Source: Pseudobacteriovorax sp. | GTDB taxonomy: Bacteria > Bdellovibrionota_B > Oligoflexia > Oligoflexales > Oligoflexaceae | Length of the DNA stretch: 39,791 bases | Direction of reading: 5' to 3' | Assembly (NCBI GenBank): GCA_050293845.1 | Contig: JBNKNM010000030.1 | Coordinates: forward strand, 1 to 39,791 | Shown: positions 9,499 through 19,283 of the stretch, in pieces | Position numbering within the stretch: position 1 is the stretch's first letter | Layout of the letters: every line of letters starts with the position of its first letter | The notes under the pieces: generated by a model | Seen by the model: the letters and a program-made list of their open reading frames with translations, nothing else | What the model was told of the DNA's origin: nothing | Database searches by the model: none | Translations under genes and position numbers: made by a program

Positions 9499-11759
9499 GA
9501 CATGCGTCCCCTTCTAAGTCGCCTTTGTTTAATTAAATTTTTTCTGCGAACAGAAACTACTGCTGGTAAACTTTCCAGCCTTCCTATAACAAGGTCTAAG
9601 TGCTCTCTGTCTCGGACCCCTAGTTCAAACTCCAAAACTCCTGTGAGATCAGGGGATACTTTAGCTTCTGCTTTATGCACATTAGCCTGACATGACGATA
9701 AGATGCTTGTAACTTCAGCTAAAACTCCAGGCTTATCCTGGGTATGTAAGCAAATATAGCAACGGTGGTAGCCTCCGTAGGTATCTGATTTACCGGCCCA
9801 TTCTACCTGAATCTTACGGTCGGGGTCCATGTCTAAAGCGCGTGGACAGGAGCTGCGGTGCACGGTAACCCCTCGTCCTCTGGTAATAAAACCAATAATG
9901 GGCTCCCCAGGAAGTGGCTGGCAACAGCGCGCGATATGCACTAAAACATCATCATAACCCGATACCAATATCGGACTTTTTGATGGTTTTCTTGATGATT
10001 TGTTGGGAGACTTGTCGAGTCCTGATCGGGTAAACTGCTCTTCAATGGATTCTCGGGGTTCCGGAGGGGGAAAGGCTTTATTGATGAGATCCAGACTATT
10101 GATACGTCCATAGCCAATACCGATTAGTACGTCCTCAAAGTTACTTTCCCGTGCAGCCTTGACTAGTTTTTCCGTATCGCCAGATTTTTCCATGGATTCG
10201 ATACTGAGATGGGACTTTTCAAAGTGCTGACTCAGCAATTCACGACCAATTTTTTTACTGCGTTCTCGTTGTTCGCTACGCAAGTGGCTGCGAATTTTAT
10301 TACGTGCTTTGGAAGTTACTATAAAGTTTAGCCAATCTTTACTAGGCTTTTGGTGTGGAGAGGTTAACACTTCGACTATATCACCCGAATTGAGCCTTCG
10401 TTTGATGGGAGCCATGCGTCCATTTACCTTTACACCAATGCACTTAACACCCACATCGGTGTGTACGGAAAAAGCAAAGTCCAAGGCCGTAGCATTCTTG
10501 GGTAGTGATAAGACATCCCCTTTAGGGGTAAATACGAAGATTTCCTCGTCAAATAGGTCTACCTTAACGGCTTCAAGGAATTCATCAGGGTCTTTCAACT
10601 CGCTTTGCCATTGGAGAATCTGCCGTAACCAAGAAAACTTTTCCATATCTGCGGTTCCGGTACCACCCTTACCCATTTCTTTATAAGACCAGTGAGCAGC
10701 GACACCAAATTCACAAGTTTCATGCATCTCTTTGGTTCTGATTTGGATTTCAGCAGGTTCTCCATTCGGGCGAATCACTGTGGTGTGTAACGACTGGTAC
10801 ATGTTAGCTTTGGGCATCGCGATATAGTCTTTAAAGCGCCCTGGCATCGGTTTCCACATGGCATGGACAACCCCAAGAGCTTCGTAGCAGTCCTTTATGG
10901 AGTTCACTATGATTCGAAATGCAAAAAGGTCATGGATATCTTCGAAGTTCAAACGGCGATCTACCATCTTTTTATAAATCGAAAAAAAGTGTTTGGGGCG
11001 ACCGTAGACTTGGATATCTTTGAAGCCATACTTTTTCAATTCGGTTTCAAGTATTTCCTTCACTTCGCTGATGTGTTTTTGGCGCACAGATTTTTTAGCC
11101 GCGATTTTACGGCGAATTTCCTGATAAATTTCATATTTAAGGTGGCGCAAGCAATGATCTTCAAGCTCGCTTTTAATCCCGTAGATACCCAATCGGTTCG
11201 CTAGGGGAGCATAAATGTCCAAAGTCTCCTGTGCGATACGCTTCTTTCTAGTGTCATCAAGAGATCCAATGGTCCTCATATTGTGCAGGCGATCACAAAG
11301 TTTGATCAAGATCACGCGAAGGTCTTTTGCCATCGCTAAAATCATCTTGCGAAAGTTCTCCGCTAATTTCTCCTGCTTAGAGCGAAATTTGATCTTGCTG
11401 ATTTTGGTAAGACCATCCACAAGGTGAGCAACTTCGGGCCCAAATTTTTCTGAGATATCCTCTATGGTAGCTGTCGTATCTTCCACAGTATCATGAAGGA
11501 TGGCTGCCACGACTGAGGCCGTGTCCAGCTTTAATGTCGCTACAATATTTGCTACTGCCAGGGGGTGGGTGATATACGGCTCACCTGACTGTCGTGTTTG
11601 ATGTTTATGGCATTCGGAAGCATATTTATAGGCGAGATGCACTAGCTTACGGTCTTGCCCAGGCAAATAGATTTCTAAAGATTCCAATAGAGACTGGAAC
11701 TCCGAATCTGGGGTAATTGCGGTATCTTTAGTTTCTATCCCTGAGTTTCGCTTTATCAT
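9495..11759 (-). CDS. relA: Bifunctional (p)ppGpp synthetase/hydrolase (long RSH)
   Basis: HD hydrolase (GEPYITHP, LHDTVEDT), synthetase (GRPKH, RFKDY, YQSLHT, EIQIRT), TGS (FTPKG), CC zinc motif (ARCCQP) and ACT domain. Start placed at ATG 11759 to avoid overlap with gmk. Confidence 0.95.
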   Translation of the reverse strand: MIKRNSGIETKDTAITPDSEFQSLLESLEIYLPGQDRKLVHLAYKYASECHKHQTRQSGEPYITHPLAVANIVATLKLDTASVVAAILHDTVEDTTATIEDISEKFGPEVAHLVDGLTKISKIKFRSKQEKLAENFRKMILAMAKDLRVILIKLCDRLHNMRTIGSLDDTRKKRIAQETLDIYAPLANRLGIYGIKSELEDHCLRHLKYEIYQEIRRKIAAKKSVRQKHISEVKEILETELKKYGFKDIQVYGRPKHFFSIYKKMVDRRLNFEDIHDLFAFRIIVNSIKDCYEALGVVHAMWKPMPGRFKDYIAMPKANMYQSLHTTVIRPNGEPAEIQIRTKEMHETCEFGVAAHWSYKEMGKGGTGTADMEKFSWLRQILQWQSELKDPDEFLEAVKVDLFDEEIFVFTPKGDVLSLPKNATALDFAFSVHTDVGVKCIGVKVNGRMAPIKRRLNSGDIVEVLTSPHQKPSKDWLNFIVTSKARNKIRSHLRSEQRERSKKIGRELLSQHFEKSHLSIESMEKSGDTEKLVKAARESNFEDVLIGIGYGRINSLDLINKAFPPPEPRESIEEQFTRSGLDKSPNKSSRKPSKSPILVSGYDDVLVHIARCCQPLPGEPIIGFITRGRGVTVHRSSCPRALDMDPDRKIQVEWAGKSDTYGGYHRCYICLHTQDKPGVLAEVTSILSSCQANVHKAEAKVSPDLTGVLEFELGVRDREHLDLVIGRLESLPAVVSVRRKNLIKQRRLRRGRMS

Positions 11760-11797
11760 CACTGGCCTTTCAAACCGCAGGTTCTTTATAGTAGACC

Positions 11798-12448
11798 TTA
11801 TGACATTTTGTTTCTGAGTTCCATAATCCAATCGGCATTTTCAAATTCTTCGTTGAGTTTTTGGCATAAATTTTTTCCCATCATGTCATTAATTTTATTG
11901 GATTTACCATCCACAACTACGGACTTCAGAGCTTCGTAGGCTATCGCAAGGTCATTATTAACAATAAAGTGATCGTAACTATCGGCATGAAGGATTTCAT
12001 CATAGGCATTTTGTAACCGCATCCAGCGCGTTTCTAAGCTATCAGAGCCACGGCTTTCGAGCCTTTTCCATAGACTCTTAAGTGAGGGGGGCAGGATAAA
12101 AATACTTTGCGCATTGGTTAGCTTTGGCTTTGCCAATACCCAACCTTGAACATCAATCTCAAGGATGGGAATATGCTGCTTTTCTAAAATCCGGCTTAGT
12201 TCTTTATGTGAAGTGCCATAAAGGTTACCATGTACATTAGCCCATTCGATAAACTCGTTTTGATCGATCATTTGTTGAAATTGATCGATTGATACAAAGT
12301 GATAGTGTGAGCCGTTAATCTCCCCGGAGCGAGGCTGCCTTGTGGTATGACTCACCGACATTTCAACATTGGAATGGCTTTCTATTAACTTGCAATTTAA
12401 AGTTGTTTTGCCCGCCCCTGAAGGAGCGGAGACCACATAAACAGTCAT
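11798..12448 (-). CDS. gmk: Guanylate kinase
   Basis: SAPSGAGKTT P-loop, SHTTRQPRSGE, HYHF, EWANVHGNLYGT, EIDVQG, FILPPS. Confidence 0.96.
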   Translation of the reverse strand: MTVYVVSAPSGAGKTTLNCKLIESHSNVEMSVSHTTRQPRSGEINGSHYHFVSIDQFQQMIDQNEFIEWANVHGNLYGTSHKELSRILEKQHIPILEIDVQGWVLAKPKLTNAQSIFILPPSLKSLWKRLESRGSDSLETRWMRLQNAYDEILHADSYDHFIVNNDLAIAYEALKSVVVDGKSNKINDMMGKNLCQKLNEEFENADWIMELRNKMS

Positions 12449-12463
12449 AGTAACCACCTATTT

Positions 12464-13384
12464 TTATTCGATATTCTGCACTTGCTGGCGCAGTCTTTCA
12501 ATGGCTTGTTTCATATTAAGGGTATGGCGTGAAATCTCTAACTGGCTAACCTTACTGGAAATCGTATTAATTTCACGGTGAAGCTCTTGACAAAGAAAAT
12601 CCAATTTCCGGCCCACCTCTTTGCCAAAGTTTAAAGTCTTCAGAAACTCAGTCTCATGACTTTCTAACCTAGTGAGTTCTTCAGCGATATCAGATTTATC
12701 GGCCATAATTAAAAGTTCTGTTTGCAGCCTATCTTCACTGACTTTTTGGCTTGCTTGTTGCCCTAGTTCACCTAAGCGCTGCAGAAACTGTTCCAGCTTC
12801 TTCTTGTAGTTGCTAAATAGGTGATCACGAATTTGTGCGGACTCTTTAGTAATTTCTTGTCGCTCTTGCCGGATCACAGCTACAAGCTCCTCTAATGACG
12901 GCAAAAGGGCCGTTCCCTCTGTAGTCCGGCTCTTTTGGACCTTAACGAGAGCACCTTTGAGTGCGCCTAAAATACCATCTCTATGCAAGCTCACTAAATC
13001 TTCAGACTTATCGCGCCCCTTGGATTCTAACGTACCTTCCAACTGGAGCATTTCGTATACGCTAAGTTCGCGAGAACTAGAATTTGAAATTTCCTGAATT
13101 TTTTGAGATATGGCTGTATAGTATGCTACGGTGCTCTCATTAAGCTTGGGAAGCCGTGCTGCTTCTTCTATGGGTGTGATATCGAAGGAAATATCCACTT
13201 TCCCGCGCGCTAAGGATTTTTTCACTTCGGCAATGATAAGACTTTCAAGTGCGCCCATAGATCGTGGTAAGCGAATGTTAATGTCAATAAAGCGGGAATT
13301 TAACGTCTTAACTTCGCAGCGATATAAAAAGTGTTCGGAGCTATTATCGCCGGCTCCGAAGGCCGTCATACTCATGAGTGACAC
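12464..13384 (-). CDS. yicC: YicC/YloC family endoribonuclease
   Basis: SMTAFG N-terminus, NSRF, RGKVD, DIAEELTRL, GRKLDFLCQELHREINTISSK, EQVQNIE-type C-terminus; usual position upstream of gmk. Confidence 0.93.
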   Translation of the reverse strand: MSLMSMTAFGAGDNSSEHFLYRCEVKTLNSRFIDINIRLPRSMGALESLIIAEVKKSLARGKVDISFDITPIEEAARLPKLNESTVAYYTAISQKIQEISNSSSRELSVYEMLQLEGTLESKGRDKSEDLVSLHRDGILGALKGALVKVQKSRTTEGTALLPSLEELVAVIRQERQEITKESAQIRDHLFSNYKKKLEQFLQRLGELGQQASQKVSEDRLQTELLIMADKSDIAEELTRLESHETEFLKTLNFGKEVGRKLDFLCQELHREINTISSKVSQLEISRHTLNMKQAIERLRQQVQNIE

Positions 13385-13531
13385 AGGGGTGGCTCCTTTT
13401 TGGTGGCCCTTGCTGAATAAATATAAGGTGTGGTAATAACAATTTTTTGCCTAGTGTCCAACCGTCTTTTTGAGATAGCATATCCCGTGGTAGCTTCCTG
13501 AAATTGCTAAATATCAAGGGGTGGAGGAAAT

Positions 13532-13966
13532 TTGCAAGGTCTAACATTGATTTTCCATGTCTTTTCTGCTTGTGTTATATTGGGCATGACCGCCTGGATT
13601 ATTCGGTTGCAGGGGCAAAAGCGCTTTCAGCTGCTGCTTTGGGGCTCTGTTTCTCCCGAAAGTAAAAGGGTCTACCTTGATTGGCCGGAGGTGTATCTAG
13701 ATAAATTTTGCCAGGCCATTGGTGCCAGATATTCTTTAAATAGCAATTCGAGAGGAAAGCCCTGCTCCATAAAGCCCTATTATTGGGTGAAGGCACACGT
13801 TAATTTTAACATTTTATCGGTACAACTTAATAGTCATGATGAGGCCGAGGTGCAGATATTAATCGAGCCAGATAATCGAATTGAGTGGGAGCAGCTGCTG
13901 CAACAGGCCATGCCACGGCTAAAAAAAATTCACATTACCAAAAAGTTCAACAGGAGTGCTCATTGA
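13532..13966 (+). CDS. Hypothetical protein with N-terminal membrane anchor
   Basis: GGAGG SD before TTG; hydrophobic N-terminal helix; stop overlaps the next start. Confidence 0.6.
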   Translation: MQGLTLIFHVFSACVILGMTAWIIRLQGQKRFQLLLWGSVSPESKRVYLDWPEVYLDKFCQAIGARYSLNSNSRGKPCSIKPYYWVKAHVNFNILSVQLNSHDEAEVQILIEPDNRIEWEQLLQQAMPRLKKIHITKKFNRSAH

Positions 13967-14958
13967 AATTAGCCCCAGTCTTATTGATCCTAATAATTTT
14001 TACCCCTTCTTGTGTATCAGTGTCCGGCGATTTGCAAGAACAAGAGGTCAATCGTCAATTACCCCCTCAGGAACTCGCCATGACCGGGATACAGAAGGGT
14101 GGTAAAACCTTGCAGCAGGTGATTGCTATCGTGCGGGAAAAAAAGCTTCATAAAGCGGTCTCTGATCAGGTGGAGGTGGTCCTAAGGAAAGACATCTCTA
14201 GCTTAAAGCCAAGTCAGATTTTGAGCGCTTGCCAGCTTTACCGGGCAACAACGAAAAACTTCGATTATAAAATATTAAGTCGGCTGATCAGACATCCCCA
14301 TAAAAAAGTTCGCCAGTATGGTTGGCTACTTACTGGTATAAACCCCAGCAACCAAATGGCAAATTTTATTGAGCGGGAAGCATCCGTTGCCATTGTAAAA
14401 GACCGTGAAGCAAATCTATTAGTTCCAGAGTTTGCTGCCACAGTCAGAAAAAACCAAATCAGCAGTTTATTTAGCTTGCTTAGGATTGGCTTACTATCGG
14501 ATGGTGGCGATGAATTTGCGAAAGCCATGGCGGATTTAAATCCCAGCCTTGCCGCGGCTCCATTTTTCGATTACTTGGGGAAGGCAGAACTGCAGGACTT
14601 GCGACAGATCAACCAATCGCAAGTAGATCCCTATACATGCTTGGTCATCATGCGTTATTTTGCGGTCAATGCTTTACCCATATCCCATCCGAAATTGAGT
14701 CATCTATTCCTTTATGCGGTTTCCCGGAATCCGGCATTATCAGAAATGGCGAAGACTGTGCTCGATTTCCAAATTCCTCGTGCAAAGGAACACTTAGTTT
14801 ATAGTTTGGCAACCTTACCTATTGAGGTTCAAATTGCATTCATCGAAGGCACGCGTCGTAACCCTACCGCAAACTTTAAAATACTGTTAACGGAGCTGAA
14901 GAAAACAACGCGCTTTGAACAGGTGGTTGAAGAAATAGATGCCATTAAAATTTTCTAA
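13963..14958 (+). CDS. Hypothetical alpha-helical lipoprotein
   Basis: TTG at 13963 with AGGAG SD, overlapping the upstream TGA; MKLAPVLLILIIFTPSC lipobox-like signal; helical (HEAT-like) composition. Confidence 0.65.
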   Translation: MKLAPVLLILIIFTPSCVSVSGDLQEQEVNRQLPPQELAMTGIQKGGKTLQQVIAIVREKKLHKAVSDQVEVVLRKDISSLKPSQILSACQLYRATTKNFDYKILSRLIRHPHKKVRQYGWLLTGINPSNQMANFIEREASVAIVKDREANLLVPEFAATVRKNQISSLFSLLRIGLLSDGGDEFAKAMADLNPSLAAAPFFDYLGKAELQDLRQINQSQVDPYTCLVIMRYFAVNALPISHPKLSHLFLYAVSRNPALSEMAKTVLDFQIPRAKEHLVYSLATLPIEVQIAFIEGTRRNPTANFKILLTELKKTTRFEQVVEEIDAIKIF

Positions 14959-15799
14959 GCCATTGCATGATAAAACTGATTGTTTGCTTATGTAATGTTA
15001 ACAAAAAATGATTGCTGTTGATGGTATGTATTTCTATCTTGTCTTTTCTCACTGATGTGGCTTTAGGGGGAGGGGGTGCGATGCGATCGCGACTACCATA
15101 TAAAGCCAAGATAGGAGCATTGATACGCATAATATTACGTTTATATCCTAATCGGTGTGATAGCTTTGAAACCTGGGAAACATAATCAAAATTTCCTCTT
15201 GGGCCTCGCATGCGAAAGGGGAAGCGCTTGCGGTTGAATCCTCCCATTGCTGGAAGTGAAGCCGTTAAGCTCCATTTTAGAATATAGCGACTATAGCTGC
15301 TATGGAGCGGGCTGAATACTTCAGTTAGCATCTGTGCAGAGTTAATTTGAATGTTTTCAGGTACCCCTAACAATATCAGACTAGTTACGGGAATCCCATG
15401 GACAGCAACACCATGCAAGGCTAAAAGCCCCCCCAGACTATGAGTGATTATATGTAATTGGTTAAATGCAAAGCTTTTTTGAACAAACAGATACCAATCA
15501 TTAAAACAAGAAAGAATGCTGTAGTCGTCAAAGACAGTGGTACTTTGTTCCCCATGGCCGTCTAAGTCACATGTGAAAATGGAATAGCCTTCTGCGAGCA
15601 GTGTAAGAAAAATCTCGTACATTAAAAAAAAGCGATCATTGCCAGTACCATGAACAAACATAATCAGTCTGCCATCGTTATGTTTGCTATGCAGATAGCT
15701 CCATTTCGCATATCCCGAAGCTTGTGGCCGCTTCAGATTGCCTTCTGTGAGGGTTATATTACGCTGTTGAGCCGTTTTTTTGAATTGCTTGTGATTCAT
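14945..15799 (-). CDS. Alpha/beta-fold hydrolase
   Basis: FVHGTG oxyanion loop, DLDGHG, nucleophile elbow THSLGG, LYGSRDRI acid and C-terminal NHF His. Confidence 0.85.
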   Translation of the reverse strand: MNHKQFKKTAQQRNITLTEGNLKRPQASGYAKWSYLHSKHNDGRLIMFVHGTGNDRFFLMYEIFLTLLAEGYSIFTCDLDGHGEQSTTVFDDYSILSCFNDWYLFVQKSFAFNQLHIITHSLGGLLALHGVAVHGIPVTSLILLGVPENIQINSAQMLTEVFSPLHSSYSRYILKWSLTASLPAMGGFNRKRFPFRMRGPRGNFDYVSQVSKLSHRLGYKRNIMRINAPILALYGSRDRIAPPPPKATSVRKDKIEIHTINSNHFLLTLHKQTISFIMQWLRKF

Positions 15800-16082
15800 A
15801 GATAGCTAAAACCATACAATAGTAATATCAAACAGTTGACTAGTCCAACTTTCCTCGATAGCCTGATAGTAACAATAAAATCGAGATCTGAAAATTCAGT
15901 TTGGCAATTTCCCATAAAGTTTATGTAGCATTGAGTGCTAATTGAGGTATAAAGCATCTTATCAAGGCACATGACAAAGAAATGAACGGAGATAACCCCC
16001 ACTGATAGGGATCGTTTTTGTTTGTTGCAACGCTGAGTTGGGGCTATTTTCACATTCAGGATAAAATAAGGCTTCAAGATAC

Positions 16083-16526
16083 ATGATTCAAAAGACTCGC
16101 AAAGAATTGGAAAATTTTTTAAACCAATACGGCTGGCAATATAGGGTGGAGTCGGAGGATGAAATACAAACTGGTTGGCAAGGAGAGCATCGTTCCTATC
16201 CCCTCAGGATTAATGTGAGTCAAACATGGATCTCATTTAGAGTCCAACCTTTTTTAGGAGTCATGATAGATTGGGAAAGCTGGCCGGAGATTGCCAGTTA
16301 TGTATTGGGCATCAATGATGGGACTAATATGGTAAAGGTCTCATTGGACGGGCAACAAAAGATTGTATTAGGCTTAGAAATCTTTGTCGAAGATCTTTCC
16401 TTTGAGCGGGTTGCTAACGTCTTGGGAATCATGGGCTACTATGCAGAACTCATTTATGAGGATATTCTGTCTTTTTTGGATCAGGTGGGATTCAGGTACT
16501 GCGAATCCTTGAATATTCTAGCTTAA
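16083..16526 (+). CDS. YbjN-like (type III chaperone fold) protein
   Basis: Small acidic protein with alpha-beta3-alpha(LGIN)-beta2-alpha pattern (LENFLNQYGWQY, VKVSLD) resembling YbjN/CesT families. Confidence 0.6.
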   Translation: MIQKTRKELENFLNQYGWQYRVESEDEIQTGWQGEHRSYPLRINVSQTWISFRVQPFLGVMIDWESWPEIASYVLGINDGTNMVKVSLDGQQKIVLGLEIFVEDLSFERVANVLGIMGYYAELIYEDILSFLDQVGFRYCESLNILA

Positions 16527-16737
16527 TTTACTGAAACTACTAAAGAACTCATTATCTATAAGACTATGCTTGGTTAAAATTATGAGGAAATAGTACAAAA
16601 CACACAGTGACGAGTGTTTTTTTAAGTGTAACGCTGTATTACAGGTTATGCTTTCATTAATGCAATGCGGCTTTTCTAATGAAAGAAACATTTTACCCGA
16701 TGGATGATAAAGAAATTAGCACCCTTAAGAGGTAACC

Positions 16738-17706
16738 TTGACTGCACTTCAACAAAAAAAGATAGGTAAATATGATATTGACTATGAAGTTGGGGCAGGT
16801 GGGTTGGGAAAGGTATATAAAGCATTTGATGAGGACACAAATCGCCCTGTTGCCGTAAAAGTCCTGCATGAAAAATATCAAAAAAGCAAACGGTTTTTGG
16901 GTATTTTTCACCGTGAACTCCTCATTGTTGCTCGTCTGAAGCATAAGCATATCGTGGAGTTCTTAGATGCTAATTACAAGCCACCTAACTGCTATATCGT
17001 TTCTGAATTTGTCGATGGCTGGTCCCTTTATCGACTTATTAGGCAAATGAAAAAGATTCCCCCGCTTGTAGCCCTTGCGATCGCAATTGATATTCTCCAA
17101 GGCATCGATTATTTGCATCTGCATGATACTATACATTCCGACTTATCTTCACCAAATGTATTGATTTCACGTATGGGTCGGGTATTGCTAACCGATTTTG
17201 GCTTGGCTTGTAGTGGTGAAATTGAAAACTATAAGAATTATATGGTAGGGACTCCTGGTTATTACTCGCCTGAGCATATTACCGATGCACCGATTTTACC
17301 CCAATCAGATATTTACTGTGTGGGTTTGTTGATTTTTGAAATGATAACAGGTGAAAAAGCAGTCAAAGCTACAAAAAATCGTGAAGAAATTTTACATAAT
17401 ATGAAAAATATTGATTTCTCAAAAATTCGATGCACAGAAAGGCGACTGCAAAACCAAATTCGTTCTCTGTGCAAAAAAGCGCTACGGTTTAGAGTCGGGA
17501 GGAGGACAAAGTCTGCTGAAAAAATGATCTATGATATTTACAAAATACTTAATAAATACAGCATTCGCTACTCAAGACATGCCATCCACCAAATGCTAGC
17601 AGATAACGGCTTATCTCTTGCCATACCCGAAAAATACCACCAAGAAATCTTTCGTGGCTACATCGAAGTATCCAAGGAGGAAGAGCCTTTAAAATCAGAA
17701 ACATAA
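16738..17706 (+). CDS. Soluble Hanks-type Ser/Thr protein kinase
   Basis: GAGGLG Gly loop, VAVK, alphaC Glu (FHRE), HSDLSSPN, TDFG, GTPGYYSPE, SDIYCVG; GAGG SD before TTG. Confidence 0.9.
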   Translation: MTALQQKKIGKYDIDYEVGAGGLGKVYKAFDEDTNRPVAVKVLHEKYQKSKRFLGIFHRELLIVARLKHKHIVEFLDANYKPPNCYIVSEFVDGWSLYRLIRQMKKIPPLVALAIAIDILQGIDYLHLHDTIHSDLSSPNVLISRMGRVLLTDFGLACSGEIENYKNYMVGTPGYYSPEHITDAPILPQSDIYCVGLLIFEMITGEKAVKATKNREEILHNMKNIDFSKIRCTERRLQNQIRSLCKKALRFRVGRRTKSAEKMIYDIYKILNKYSIRYSRHAIHQMLADNGLSLAIPEKYHQEIFRGYIEVSKEEEPLKSET

Positions 17707-19283
17707 TGTGAAAGATACCATCGATGAATGGGGCGATCACATTTTGTTGAATTGAATTGTGATGCGGAGTGAGATATCTGCATGGTTTGATGGGGGCAGT
17801 CTCTTATATGCGAATAACTATCCAGGACAAACCCTTCAATAACAGGAGGTATGCGGTTATTACTAATTAGATAAAAATGACCATGTTTCAGGATATCACC
17901 TAGATCATAGTAATTCATAGCCTTCCGACGTGACATCTCAGACAATCTTGCAATTCCAGGCCATTGAGATATTTTAAGCCCCGGTTGATAAAAAGACAGC
18001 AGGGCAATATTTTGATAAGTATCGCTAAATAGTGGGCCATTAAGGTTTACTAAGAACTGAGATAATTGAGGATAACCGTGAGTTTCCTTTAAAATACGGT
18101 CTTTGGACGGTTTTGTGCTTACGAAGGGAACATGGGCGTGAATGATTAGGATGCTGACAAGGATACCATTAAGGATACTGGATATAATGACGGGCTTTAT
18201 TGTTAGAGGTAGTGAGGCCCATAGAATTGGTAGGCTCAGAGTATAAACGGCAGCCCAATTAGCTTCAACTTTTTGAAAGGGACTTAGCATACCAAAGACG
18301 ATGAGAGGGACTAAAGTAGCAGCTATCAATAGATCTTTGGTTGTTTTGCTGGCGAGCTTTGAAGAATACCGGAATCTTCTCCATAAACCCATGACTAGAG
18401 GAATACAAAAGAAACCCCAAAAAGCAATTTGGCTGCCTACAAATTGTAGAACTCTTTGAGATGCTTTTTCGAATGCAGATTTAGGAGGTTTTGGTTTAGC
18501 TTTCTTTGTGGGTTCCACAAACGTCTGTCCGGCATTAAACTCATGACTGCCAACGGGAGCTTTTTGAGCAAGGGGTAGATTGGACTTTACAACACCTGGG
18601 ACGGAGTATTCGCTTTTAAGTCCACGGCCCCACTGAAACTGAAATGTTACCCAGTCATGGTTATAGTTCCAAGCGAGGTGAGGTAAAAAAGCAATTAGGC
18701 AGCATACTCCACCCCAATAAGGCCATGGCGACAGTAGAGCACGCTTGCGGATAAGAGCCCAAAGAAAGACGAGACCCATGAGTAGCATGGTATATTTCGA
18801 TGTGAGACCTAGGCCAGTGACAAGGCCTGTGGTGATCCACCGACGCGGATCGAGCTTTAGGGCAACTGTCGCTTCGTGAAGAGCTAACAACCAAAAAAAA
18901 GCTAGAGGCAGATCAGGGGTCTGCACAAAGCTCAAGATGGTACCGAGGTTAAACTGAAACAGCATCAAGCAGATGACCAGCGACTTTTTTCGATCGATAT
19001 TGTATAGAGAGCACAAGGATAGATATATGGGGAACATGAGTAATGATAGAAGGTAGCCGCCCCATCGAGACGCTACTGTTGAGCTGTCAAAGAGTTGACC
19101 CAAGACCCCTAACCAAGCAACCATAGGTGGATGGTCAAAGTAGCCAAAATCTAGAAATCGGGTCCAATATAGGTAATAAGCCTCGTCTTGGGTCATCGGT
19201 AGTAACCAGAGATGAGCAAGTCGAAGAAAAGCCCCTGCTAAAAATATGGCCAAAATAAAAGAAAAACTATACTTAGGTTTCAT
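17658..19283 (-). CDS. GT39/ArnT-like integral membrane glycosyltransferase
   Basis: QDEAYY, GYFDHPPMVAW, TPDLP, SKYT, PHLAWN..HDW..FQFQ motifs; many TM helices. Confidence 0.88.
   Translation of the reverse strand: MKPKYSFSFILAIFLAGAFLRLAHLWLLPMTQDEAYYLYWTRFLDFGYFDHPPMVAWLGVLGQLFDSSTVASRWGGYLLSLLMFPIYLSLCSLYNIDRKKSLVICLMLFQFNLGTILSFVQTPDLPLAFFWLLALHEATVALKLDPRRWITTGLVTGLGLTSKYTMLLMGLVFLWALIRKRALLSPWPYWGGVCCLIAFLPHLAWNYNHDWVTFQFQWGRGLKSEYSVPGVVKSNLPLAQKAPVGSHEFNAGQTFVEPTKKAKPKPPKSAFEKASQRVLQFVGSQIAFWGFFCIPLVMGLWRRFRYSSKLASKTTKDLLIAATLVPLIVFGMLSPFQKVEANWAAVYTLSLPILWASLPLTIKPVIISSILNGILVSILIIHAHVPFVSTKPSKDRILKETHGYPQLSQFLVNLNGPLFSDTYQNIALLSFYQPGLKISQWPGIARLSEMSRRKAMNYYDLGDILKHGHFYLISNNRIPPVIEGFVLDSYSHIRDCPHQTMQISHSASQFNSTKCDRPIHRWYLSHYVSDFKGSSSLDTSM

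Noticed and set aside
15796..16077. 93-aa ORF whose stop overlaps the hydrolase ATG
   Set aside because: No recognisable motif or SD, and it fills the space needed for two divergent promoters; probably spurious
16738..17706. Kinase as a pseudokinase or pseudogene
   Set aside because: The VAVK Lys, catalytic Asp/Asn and DFG are intact, and Ser in place of the catalytic-loop Lys occurs in other bacterial kinases
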